Below are positions 40,218 through 51,950 of a stretch of 64,000 bases of DNA, piece after piece. Position 1 is the first letter of the stretch; each line of letters starts with the position of its first letter. The stretch is from assembly GCF_006345805.1 (NCBI RefSeq), contig NC_042998.1:91078001-91142000 (forward strand), in the 5' to 3' direction. The notes under the pieces are model-generated. The model was not told the origin of the DNA. It ran no database searches and saw only the letters and a program-made list of their open reading frames with translations. The position numbers and the translations under genes are program-made. Source of the stretch: Octopus sinensis (taxonomy: Eukaryota).

Positions 40218-40260
40218 CCACCTGAAGATTGTCGATCAGGACATGAAACAATTGTAGTGG
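40218..40260 (+). ncRNA. Minimal type I hammerhead ribozyme motif (family 1)
   Basis: CCAC-CTGAAGA-T[TGTC GATCAG GACA]T-GAAAC-AATT-GTA-GTGG: stem I CCAC/GTGG, palindromic ACAATTGT helix III, GUA site; the 10.1-11.1 pair is U.U (non-canonical). Confidence 0.75.
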
Positions 40261-40439
40261 CGGTTTTTTAACTTTTTATTAAAATTTTATGTATTGATTA
40301 AGTCTTTCCTTGTTTGTTTTGCAAAATAGTGGTTTTGTCTCTAATTAATATTATATAATATTTTACTATAAAATTGGATTTAATCCTAAATCTGATTTTT
40401 TTTCCTGTAAATTTGGATTTATTCCCTAATATTTATTAT

Positions 40440-40513
<74 letters not shown>

Positions 40514-40528
40514 GTGTGTGTGTGTGTG

Positions 40529-40572
<44 letters not shown>

Positions 40573-41168
40573 GCACACAATGTTTATGATGAGCTTCTGT
40601 ATATTTTGCCTGCCAATTCCACTTACAAACATGTTATGGGATAGAATCTGAGACAAGCATATTCCATACCCACACAACCATGTCTATGCACACACACACA
40701 GAGCAAGACTTTCATGAACAAAGATTTATAAAAACTCCTTACTGAGAATCAGTATTTAAACTGAAATACTCCATGAAACTTATATTTACACTGATTTGAA
40801 ATAAAATTACTAATGTTTCTTTATAACCTCTGATATGGGTATTAATGAGGTTTTAGTGATTGATTAAAAAGAGAGTTTCAATAGGCATGTAATCCTTTCT
40901 ACTATAAGCACAAGGCCTGAAATTTGGAGGAGGGAGATAATCAATTACATCGACCCCAGTGTTTTACTGGTACTTAATTTATCGACCCTGAAAGGATGAA
41001 AGGCAAAGTCAACCTTGGTGGAATTTGAAACTCACAACGCTGCGACAGGTGAAATACCACTAAGCATTTCATCTAGTATGCTAATGATTCTGCTAGCTCA
41101 CAGCCTTTTTAATAGTCATATAATGATAACAGATATATGTATGCAAACAAATAAAAATTACTACTGAC

Positions 41169-41360
41169 CTACATCCAGTGACAATTACAGAATCTTTAAA
41201 TACAAATCGAGTCACATCACTGGGCAATGGTCCAAGCATTCGTTGACAGTTTTCATGAAAGAGCCCATTTGAAAGAACTTTATAGCACTTTATGTATGAG
41301 CCAATAGATAACCACATTGTTTTATTATAATCGTCATCAAAATGCATCCATGGAAGCTGT
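41169..41360 (-). CDS. FBXW4: FBXW4-like exon 3
   Basis: CTTTCAG acceptor, AG|GTCAGT donor; QLPWMHFDDDYNKTMWLSIGSYIKCYKVLSNG...SDVTRFVFKDSVIVTGC(R). Confidence 0.9.
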
Positions 41361-42329
41361 CTGAAAGATATATCAAAATGACATCTCATGAAAATATTCA
41401 TTCAAAACCACATTAATAAAGTAAAGTACATTCAATTAACTTTAAAGGTTTTGCAGTATATATATAAGATAAAACAACATACTTAACATACATTACAAGA
41501 ATTTTAAAATAATTTATATTTTTAATTTTACTTAATGGTATTTATATGCATGAAAAAAATTTTTTAGATGGTAGAATATTATTTTATTGAAATTAAATGT
41601 TTTGACATGCTCATTTTCTTTTAATACTGGCATGAACTGGATGATTTTTCATAATTTAACTAAGTTTATGATGGACTGCCAGCAGTTTCATAGTAATTAG
41701 CTTTCCTATAATATCTGCCACTAAATTGTTAACAAGAATGCTCTTGTCTCAATAGAATAATTGAAATAATTACTGTAATTGCTTTCATTATGTATGTTAA
41801 ACAAGCATATATTAAACAGCTCTCTAGTTTCTTAAATAAATAAATTATAGACCCACAAATTGATTCACACAGGCATAGCTATGTGGTTGAGAAGCTTGTT
41901 TCACAACCACATGGTTTTGGTTTCGTATTACATGGCATCTTGGATAAGTATCTCCTAAATAAGTAATGGGCTGACCAAAGCTTTGTGAGTTGGATTGGTG
42001 GATGAAAACTGTAAGAAGTCCAGTTTGTGCATGTGCACACGTGCTGTTTATTCCAGCCTTTGACTCACTTGACAACCACTGATTTGTTTTTGCTTCTCTA
42101 ACTTAACAACAGTTCAGCAAAAGAAACTGATAGAATAAGCATTGTAGTCAATTAAACTCTATAAAGTGGTATCCCAGTATAGCTACAGTCGAAAATAGGA
42201 CATAATTTAAAAAACTATTAAAACTTTTAATGTCCATAAATAGTGACTGAAATTTGGAGTGCAAGAAAAAGAAAATTCCACTTCAAGTTTCACATTTTTG
42301 CCAGTGTCATATAACTGGCTTGTTTAAAA

Positions 42330-42815
42330 GTAACCCTCAATTGTTGGGCAATATGATGTGCTTGAGAAGACCTGTTGAGTCAAGTGAAATCATTGTCAAG
42401 GCCAATGCCAGTGTCACCTGACTGGCTCTCATGCTGGTGGCATGTAAAAAGCACCATTCAAGTGTGGTCAATACCAATGCTGCCTGTCTGGCTCCTGTGC
42501 CAGTGGCATGTAAAAAGCACCATCCAAGAGTGGTTGATGCCAGTGCTGCCTGACTGGCTCCTGTGCCAGTGGCACATAAAAAGCACCATTTGAGCACGGT
42601 CAATGTTAGTGCCACCTGACTGGCCCCTGTGCTTGTGGCATGTAAAAAAGCACATACTACACTCTTGGAGTGGTTGGCATTAGGAAGAGCATCCAGCTGT
42701 AGAAACCTTGCCAGAACAGATTGGAGCGTGGTGCAGCCTCCTGGCTTGCCAGTCCTCAGTCAAACCGTCCAACCCATGCCAGCAAGAAAAGCAGACATTA
42801 AAAGACAATGATGAC
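42330..42815 (+). mobile_element. RTE-clade LINE 3' end with internal tandem subrepeats and (GAT)n tail
   Basis: Same tail as the RT-bearing copy at 61295-62760 (GTAAAAAGCACC...GGTTGGCATTAGGAAG.GCATCCAGCTGTAGAAAC...CCAACCCATGC.AGCATGGA). Further tails near 37640-37815, 46230-46600(-), 47650-48075, 48250-48460, 54870-55145, 56880-57150, 59880-59965. Confidence 0.8.
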
Positions 42816-43534
42816 TGATCTTGAATAGGTTCCAAGGAAAATAATTATGAATTACTTAAATTATTATACTAGATAATTGGTGGTGGCAAAGCAATTCTTA
42901 CATATCTCTCAAAACCATAGATTAAGCCTGCGAAAGTTTCTTCTAAGAAGTAAGCCAAAGCAATTTTCTCTCAGGGGAAGATTATAAGTTATCCATACAT
43001 GAAACTCTCCATCTTCACTACAACAATGTTCCAGCAAAAGACAGAATTCAACATAAATTAATCTATTGATTAAAATTGGGTAATCTGTTGTGAATTACAA
43101 TGATCTACAGGGCTAACGCTTCTTCCAGTTTTCTGTAGTATTTTGTATATGCAAGGTTAGGGAGTTGGAGTTGGAAGCAATTACTGAATTACTAGAGTCA
43201 GTAAAAATGTATGGACACCAACTAAATGGAAACTAATATTTTAACAGCATTAAAATTTCAAATGTTTTCTGCACTGAAAATAACCAGGTCAGATTTAAGG
43301 GCTTCTATGAAGGAATATCTGGTAGAAGCACTTCATAGGAACAAGAACAATTTTGAATTTGGATTTCTAATTTAATTCTTATTCTATAGATATAATGATT
43401 CTTTTAACAAATTCTCTAAAGACATTTCAACTATTAATGTCACAATTTTTATTTCATTTCATGTAACCTTTCATGTTGCTTTCATTTGAATTTTATATGC
43501 AAACAATATTTTAATCTCAAAAAATTAGAGTTAT

Positions 43535-43870
43535 ATATCTAATTGACCAGAAATGCTCTTGCTCTCCAAGAATACAAAAACAATCATTGTGGTCAAACTC
43601 ACAATGTCCTGGGAGGATAGACTCAGTATTTCCCACCAGGGAAAGAAATCGAAATATCAGGATTTAGTCAATGAGGCTCTTGTCAAGGGATGGCATGCAG
43701 CCTCATTCCTCACTGAAGTCAGCTGCTGTGGCTTTCCAGCTGGATCAGTGGACTATTTCTGGCAGAAAATAGGTCTGGAACCCAGACAACTGAGGAAAGC
43801 TATCGAGGAAATAAACACAGCAGCTGAAGCTAGCTCAAGATGACTCTGGTTGATAAGAGACCAAAAGTGA
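43535..43870 (+). mobile_element. Non-LTR retrotransposon restriction-like endonuclease fragment (HERO/R2 group)
   Basis: PEMLLLSKNTKTIIVVKLTMSWED...KKSKYQDL...GW...EVSCCGF...AAEASSR*LW fits the PD..E(L)TVPWE...KY..L REL pattern; 5' truncated and degenerate. Confidence 0.65.
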
Positions 43871-45125
43871 AACCCTTCTGTAGGTGAAGACTAGCTCTGT
43901 CATTGTTGCTCCACTCATGTGAAATGTACAGGCTTAGAGATGAAATGCTTGTGACCTGAGACACCTGCTGATGATATGGAAGGGTTTCCAGCATTACAGT
44001 GGATTTAGAAGAGCTTGCAAAACCTCTGAGTAGCTCCATAAATTTCTGCATGGGGCAAAGCACCTCTGATGTTGATTTCACCAACTTATAGTTGGTTTAA
44101 GTTCAATATTTTAGTTTTGAGTTTGATAAACTTGAGATTTTTGAAACAGTAAACAAATACATTACTGATTTTCTGATCTGTTTTTTTCTTTTACATCCTT
44201 TTCATAAAAACTGCCTCTTTTAATTTGGTAAGTTGTATCATATGTTTGTAACTTTGTTAATAAATAATATTAAAAAAAAGCCACACTGACAATAGTTGGG
44301 TACATATGTCGTATGCTTTCAATCAATGTAAGAAATATATAATTAGTCTAATTACAAATAAAGGAACCACAGTCACAGTTTGAGTCACAGATTTTGGGTA
44401 ACAACTCTGCAGCTCTGTGTATATGAGAAGGAAATCTCCAGGATTGTGTTCTGGCCTATTACAAGCAGACAGTTAATTTTTCCCTTTAGAGGAATTGAAC
44501 TTAAGTAGTAGAACATTATTATCATCATCATCATCTGCTTAAGCTTGTTTGGCTTTGCCTGATTCAATTATAATCTTAAATAGTGATTGGTAGGTTAGTA
44601 GGATAACATCCCATGTCCCCATAAAACTGTAAAACTAGCTCATGTTGAAGTGTCCCTAAGAGTATATCACTAACAAGTTCTTGCTTAGCCTTACAGTAGT
44701 GTCCCACAAAGTACATATGTCTCTTTCTAATGACATTAGTAACTGCAAGAAGATTGGTGTGCAGTCTGAGTTTGAATGAATGCCTTTTCTCTGATGATAT
44801 TTAAAACACCCCACAACATATGAAGTACCATCAAATTTTTGTCTTTATGTGTTTAGTAAATGTCCAAATAGTAAACTCATACAACACCACTGATTCCATA
44901 GTAGCACAGAAGAAACTGAGAGCGATGACTTCCAGACAATAGTGAGGTCATGAAGAACTAGCACAAACCAACAAATTATTCATTAATGTACTATACAAGC
45001 TTATGATGCCTACCCAGAGCTAGTCGTAGAGAACTAAGTGCGTTGGTCATGGACATCCTTCAACTCAGCTGTAAGCAGGCAGATAAAATATAAAAATTAT
45101 ACAAAATGAATGCGTTTTAACTTAC

Positions 45126-45221
45126 TTTGAACGATATTTCACAACTGCAGTCTCTCGATTCCTCCCTTTAATCCAGTTTCTAGTCACACGGTACTGTTCT
45201 TTCAAGTTAGGTGTGCAGGAT
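45126..45221 (-). CDS. FBXW4: FBXW4-like exon 2
   Basis: CAATTTAG acceptor, GTAAG donor; (K)SCTPNLKEQYRVTRNWIKGRNRETAVVKYRS(K); not in the ORF track. Confidence 0.9.
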
Positions 45222-46635
45222 CTAAATTGAGTAAAAAAAGAATTTCAAACATAATTATGAAACATCAGGCATTAGAGAGGTAAAATGAGATGTGTCTTAA
45301 GAGAAATGAATCAGATTAACTTTTCAACTCAAAAGGCTAGAAGCATAAGCCTTTTTAATAAGTAAAAGTTAAACAAAAACAAGCTACCACAATGCCAATG
45401 ATTTAAAAAAAAATAACACAGTGAATTGTAATGTTGTGCTTTTACAGGTTTAACTAAGAAACTGAAATGAAATGGTTCCAACTGAGCATCAAGACTAATT
45501 TTAAGATTAATTTTGCTGGGAACTTACCATGACACCAAACAACTGAAACAGTGTCAATTTTAACACAATGTCTGAGATTTTTAAAGGAGAAAGGAAGTGG
45601 TAACGTTCATTTGCCAAAATGCATTAGCAACATACTTTCAGGGAAACGATCTCATTGGAAGACAGAAGTGTAAAATTATTTCTATAAGGCTCACTTGAAA
45701 TAAAAATTATTCACTTGACAATGCATCATTCAATTTTACTAGGGAAAGTGTACAGAAAACAGAAGTAACATAATATATTAAAGTATGTAGTATATCAACC
45801 TGACATGAGGATGCCTCAAACAATAGCTAAATTTCTTTTAATTTACACCATAAAGAAAAGATGCAGAGGATAATATAAAGTCCTAGGTATAAATACATTG
45901 TTAGAAGAAGGATGAGATGATCATTAATGAAATGCTTTTGATCATAGCTGCCCTGGGGTAAACAACATGGAAGTTGGCAATATATGGGTAGATACCATGT
46001 ACTCCAATTAAGTTTTGTTTAGCTATACATCAAATCTAATTAAACACCTATAATTAAAGGCATTTTAGATATGACCCTCCAGTTTATTTAACATGACACT
46101 ATCCAGTGTCTACAATGTTTGAGTTTAGCAGTTCTTTTCAGTTTTATTGATCAAGATCAGACATCCCAGGGATAATAGTCTGAATTAAACCCATTGAAAT
46201 GATTAAAAACTAGATGTACCTTATTTTTATCATCATCATCAGTTCATCATTTAACATCGGTTTTCCATGGGTTGGACACTTTGACTTGAGCTGGCCAGCT
46301 GAAGAGCTACCCAGGCTCCATGTTTGTTTTGGCATGGTTTCTGTGGCTGAATACCCTTCCTAACAGCAACCACTTTACAAAGTGTACTGGGTGCTTTTAC
46401 ACAGCATCAGCACAGGTGTGCTTATGTGGAACTGGTAAGAATGCTTTTTATATGGCACCAGCACCCATGAGATCACAAGATTAAGAATGCTCAACTGGAG
46501 GGGGACGCAAGGGACATGCCTGTATGCAAGGACAACCACACTTTTACTTAGCTTGACATCTCAAGCACAGCAAATTGCCAGGAGTCTCAGTCTCCTGTCA
46601 TTCCTTCTATGAAGCCTATCATATATATATATATA

Positions 46636-46675
<40 letters not shown>

Positions 46676-47801
46676 GCAAAACAGCTCACCACCACCTGGA
46701 TAATTTCTTCCTCAAGATATTCCCATCACTCATCATCTTTCTAACTGTAATATCCTTTCTGCTGCTGCATATGTGAGCAGAATTGCATACTTTCCTTGAA
46801 GGCACTGATCTTTTTCACTACCAAGAACCATTCTACTTGCTATCCATCATTCATTCTTAATACTGTTCTCGTTATCCACATTTTACATTGATCACCAAAT
46901 AATTATTGAGCCACCAAATTATCTCTCCTGCACCTCCTCCTCTCTGCATACACTACATCTGCACTACGTTCTTACATTCTACCCAACTTCTTTCCCTTTT
47001 GCTCATCCTCACTCTTTCTTGCCTTGCCTGATGTATTATTATTATTATATGCTACCAGTATTTCATCTATCTTTACGTTCTGAGTTCAAATTCTGCCTTT
47101 CGGGGTTGATGCAATCAACTACCCACTCACAAAAAAATTTTGGGCCTTGTGCCTATGATAAAAAGGATTAGTATTACTATTCTGCTGCCCTTCACCACCC
47201 CATCCTCTTTTCTGCATATCCATCATCTCTCTTCTTCAACTCATCACTGGTTATTCCTGAACCCCTATCAACCCTACCCTATTTCCACAGTTGTCACCTA
47301 TTCTTTCTTACTTCCTCTACATATCATCCCTCAACACTTGCTCTTCATATTCATGTTCTCACTATTCCCTATCTCGAATCATTTCTCATTCACTCATACA
47401 CTCTTGCAACCTCTATCAACTAACACTTCTTGTTCTCCTGTCTCCATTCACCTTGTATTTCAAGGTCCACCCTGATACCTAATCACCATTTTTCTCACTT
47501 CTAAGTGAGTAACTCCCCTACAGCAAGGAACTTGTTCTGCTTTTGCCCTCTCTCTCTCACTTTAATACCTCACCCTAGAGCCCTATAAATCCACCTCCCT
47601 CTCTACTGCAATCCCACTTAATTGTAGGTGACCTTAGTCTTGCAAGCTGCATGTCAACCTCACTAGTGCTGGTGCTATGTAAAAAGCATCCAGCTGTAGA
47701 AACCATGCTAAAGCAGACATTGGAGCATGATACAGTTATTGAATCCTGTCAAATTGTCCAACCCATGCTAGCATGGAACATGGACATTAAATGGTGCTAA
47801 A

Positions 47802-47841
<40 letters not shown>

Positions 47842-50440
47842 GATATAGATATACTACACTCACGGAGTGGTTGGCGTTAGGAAGGGCATCCAGCCGTAGA
47901 AACACTGCCAGATCTGACTGGGCCTGATGAAGCCTTCCAGCTTCACAGACCCCAGTTGAACCGTCCAACCCATGCTAGCATGGAAAGCGGACGCTAAATG
48001 ATGATGATGATATCAGTCCTCAGTCAAATCGTCCAACCCGTGCTAGCATGGAAAGCAGATGTTAAACGATGATGAATTCTCATTATCATCATCATTTAAC
48101 ATCTAATTTTCATACTGGCATTGGTTTTGTGGAAGAGGTAGACCCAGGAAGACATGGGATGAGGTGGTGAAGCATGATCGTTGGATCTCATGACAAGTGA
48201 TCAAGACCTTTGGCAAGTTGTTGTGTTTGAGGAGACATGCAAGCCAAGTGAAATCATAGTTGTGGCCAGTGCTGGTGACACATAAAAGGCACTCACTACA
48301 CTCTTGGAGTGGTTGGCATTTGGAAGGGCATCCAGCCATAGAAATCAAGCTAAATCAGACTGGAGCCTGGTATAGCTCTCTGGCTAACCAGTTCCAGTTA
48401 AACCATCTAACCCATGCCAGCATGGAAAATGGATGCTAAATGATGCTGATGATAATGGTATATTATTTACATGCAGGGTGTGCTGGATATTTGTGAACAA
48501 ACTTTTGATGACCATAAATAGAAGACAATCTTATATAATGTTGCAGGATATCATACTAAATTTTAAGTTCCACATTTGTCTTTTAGATGCACCAGCAGCA
48601 TCAACATGGCAGATACCAATCTAGCAAAAGAAATGAAAAGTCATGCTGAGGTCACACTCTAGCCATTGACTACACTGATTTAGAGATTACCTGTTTCTTG
48701 AATAAGGCCAAGTTCTTCTTGTTCAGCATTGGCAAAGAGATGGAAGCCTTTGGTGAGGATGTGTCATGTGAGACCAAAAGAAAGGAACATTCTTAGAGAT
48801 CAGAGGTTAGGACAACCAGGTAAGTCCAGGGCATAATCAACAACTCCACCTCGTTGAACAGCCTGTTATCAGACATGTAGTGCACAAGGATATTGGATAC
48901 AGATCATACACCAGAGTTTTTCAAACCAGGATCATAAAAGAAATTGCAAAGGTACATAAACTAAATGCAACTTTTGTCTAGAAGAGACTTTTGTTTGGGT
49001 TTTCATATGAGGGAATCCATTGGAAGAAAATGCTTGATGAGGAAAGTGCAGTTCATGGCATCTTTACTATTTTAGGCGGTAAAAACAGTTGTAAACCAAA
49101 TGCGACTGTTTGTTTTGAAAACATCCTTAAGCTCCATTACAGAACAAAAGAGATGTAACAAATTAAACAAAATTGGACTAATGGAAATAAATTTATTAAT
49201 TTCAAAAACAAAAGTATTTTCATGAAACAAAAGGCCTGAAAACTTTTCAAAACAGCTGCCTTAGGCGGTTTGGTGCAACAATCCTTGTGGTCGTCAGTCA
49301 TGAAGGGCAATGAACAGACTTTGACAAACATGGTTGATTAACTGAACGACTGATCAAACAATCGATTAATTGCTTGACTAGTTAAACGATGGACAAATAA
49401 TAAAGAAGTGAAATAAAGCCTATGCATGCATTTATTATTAGCATAATGACCCTCCCGAGATACAACAAAATTTCATGCATAAGTTGTATTATCAATATAC
49501 TTTATGGTAGTTTTTATAATCAAGAAACACTAATATTTATGAGGAGAGTTATAGTTTTATCACAAAGAACTATACACTCTATTATGAAATTTAGGCACAA
49601 GACCAGCTGCTTTGGCGGGGAGGGCACCAGGCGGGCCCATCTTCCTATCCAAAGAATTTTTTACGATGAATTTCCTGAGTATGTATGCCTGAGTAAGGGG
49701 CCTCATAACTTAACTAGCACAGGGCCTCATCTATCTAAAATCCGGCACTGCACCTGAAGCACCTTCAAGGTGAGTAGGAGCACAGTCATCGTGGGCGTCG
49801 TGGGCAGGGGTCACCTGGCTAATTCCGATATGCAGTCGCTTCAGTGGCCATCATAAGGACTGAGGGTGATTCATCGAATAGCCTGCTTCTTTGACGGGTC
49901 TGGTTGAGTATCTGTGTTGTGTTTCTGATAGTTTTGTCTTGCGGTATTCCTTCCAGCTGATTCTTCTAAGTTTAAATCGCTTCGGAATCGATAGGCGATC
50001 TTTCGAAATGTTTGCCTGCTTATTATGCCGTCATCAATCTTTCAGGGTTCTAGATATCTTTCGTGAGACATCAAATTTTCATAAGCTGGTGATTTGGTCA
50101 ATTTTTTCTAACTGGTCCACGTAAAGATGTAAAGGACGATAATCGCTAACATACTTTCTATGTCGAGATGCTAAGGGTTTAATGAAGGAGCAATTGATTA
50201 GTATTTCCAAAATTTCGATCAAATAAGATTTGAGGCATACATCATATTGTTTTAGTATAAATGACAGTACAGTGTCGGTTTAAAATGTCACTTTTTACCC
50301 TGAAGGATATGTTGATTTAAGAAACAAATGAAGATCATAAGGAATGCCAACACCCTCGCTTGAAAATATTTGACATGATTTTGACATAGACCAGAGTAAT
50401 TGTTTTTAAATAGCTTGTATACATTATATGTAAATATATT

Positions 50441-50472
<32 letters not shown>

Positions 50473-50529
50473 GTGTGTGTGTTGTGAGAGAGAAAGAAAC
50501 TAGAGAATGATTAGAAGTGAGATACGTAC

Positions 50530-50840
50530 TTGCCTTTAGGCCGATGACCCAGATCTTTAATCACCATCTGTTGTCTGGTGAATCGCAGCCATACACTATC
50601 TGTATATATCAGACGACGCAGTTTCCGACAAACACGGCATAGGCGTCCCAAGGAACAAAGATCCAAGTAACGAAACAATAGATAAAGTATATCTTCAGGC
50701 AACTCCATCAATTGCTTTTCTGCATTTAAGCATCGGGTTTGTGTCGAACCCTCGTATGAAGATTGACTTTCGATTGTTGCCATAGGTGATTCCAGGACTC
50801 CATTCTCCGATTGTGGAGGAATCACGAAGTTTTTGAACAT
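50530..50840 (-). CDS. FBXW4: FBXW4-like exon 1 (F-box)
   Basis: F-box LMELPEDILYLLFRYLDLCSLGRLCRVCRKLRRLI; donor AA|GTACGT in phase with exon 2. First true ATG is 50840 (alternative 50783). Nine exons total 1296 nt, 431 aa. Confidence 0.88.
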
Positions 50841-50849
50841 CACAGCCAG

Positions 50850-51390
50850 ACAAAATGTGCCCCTTTGATAGAAGTAAATATATTCCCTCACGGTTATCTG
50901 CGATTTTTCTCATCTTAGACGTCTCTTTTATATATAAATGTTAAACACTGTGGTCAATATTTTAAAACACTTATCGCCATTGTTGTTGCGAACTAAATTA
51001 TGTTTAACGTCAGTTAAATATCGCAGACGAGAGAATATAAATACATTTATTTTATAGACAAAAAAAATCATTGCACGGGTATTTTTCGTATTTCATTTTA
51101 AGTAAAATTGCATTAAATAGACTTCAAATTTAAAAATATTATGTGAATTATTTTCACTTTTGTTTTATTTCGAGATTCTCGTCACTCCCCACTCTCACAT
51201 GTACTTCTTTATTTAAACATTTTTGATTTTCATTGAAGTGAGGTAGGTTATTCTACTTTTTTTTCATCTCACGACCCAGTTTGGTAAATGATCTAATTTG
51301 GATAATCTTCTTAAAACTGGGCACATATATTTATTACTGGTGTTGATATATAAGATCATTCCGTACCACCGGAATATAGCAATAAGTCGA
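50850..51390. promoter_or_regulatory. Probable bidirectional promoter within a CpG-retaining island
   Basis: Lies between the FBXW4 ATG (-) and a candidate + strand ATG 550 bp away; CpG is visibly more frequent over about 49750-52250 than in either flank. Confidence 0.45.
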
Positions 51391-51417
51391 TGGCGTTGAC
51401 CACGTTGTTACGGCCAG
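51390..51417 (+). CDS. Candidate first coding exon of an unidentified divergent gene (MALTTLLRP...)
   Basis: GTCG-ATG-G start, then CAG|GTATGT donor after 28 nt; no convincing second exon found in the window. Confidence 0.4.
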
Positions 51418-51809
51418 GTATGTTTATTGTTTATATAGACTTCAGTGTGTCTTTCTATCTTCCTAATGTGTACTTGAAGACAACTTTCTATTTAACATCT
51501 TGTGAGCAACTATTTGAATATATAGATGCCGGACTTATTAGATCTAAATCAGAAACAAAATTTTTGAAAAGCTGAAAAACAATTATATATTCCTGAATTT
51601 GTTACTAATATTGTATTATTAAAGTAATACAAATAGATATTGAGTGGGGCATCCGAGTTTCGCGCTTGGCTCTCACCCAAACTTTGTATCTCATTTTGGA
51701 AACACACACACACATATATATTTATATATATAGGCTTGGTGATGCTAACAGAAAAATAGAACTCGAATTATGAGTTTATGTATGCATATTATATATAGTT
51801 AATTTTTGA

Positions 51810-51950
51810 CAGCACGTCGGACAAAATGCTTGGCGGCATTTCGTTCGTCTTTACGTTCTGAGTTCATATTTCGCCGCGGTCGACTTTGCCTTTCATCCTT
51901 TCGGGGTCGATGAAATAAGTACTGGAGGTGCACTGGGGTTGAGGTAAGGG
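51810..51950 (+). mobile_element. SINE family A copy with intact CpGs
   Basis: GCTTGGCGGCATTTCGTTCGTCTTTACGTTCTGAG...TTCGCCGCGGTCGACTTTG...TTCGGGGTCGATG. Confidence 0.85.

Larger units (their letters stand above)
38555..40357. mobile_element. Penelope-like long inverted repeat (family 1), 1.8-kb palindrome
   Basis: Arms 38555-39363 and 39368-40357, spacer CAGA, near-identical apart from a 23-nt and a 204-nt indel; hammerhead motif about 100 nt from each outer end; inserted in (TA)n. Confidence 0.75.

Noticed and set aside
42375-42620. Regularly spaced repeats resembling a CRISPR array
   Set aside because: They are tandem subrepeats of the RTE 3' UTR without unique spacers; eukaryotic context and no cas genes.
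49600-49750. CAGTGCCGGATTT-type transposon end on the - strand
   Set aside because: No matching second terminus or TSD found.
50529-50534. GC-AG donor (AAAG|GCAAGT) for FBXW4 exon 1
   Set aside because: It would put exon 2 in a frame with TGA after six codons; the GT donor 4 nt downstream gives the correct phase.
50841-50891. ORF-track start of the F-box ORF at 50891
   Set aside because: The codon is GTG; the track allows non-ATG starts that are not appropriate for this eukaryotic gene.
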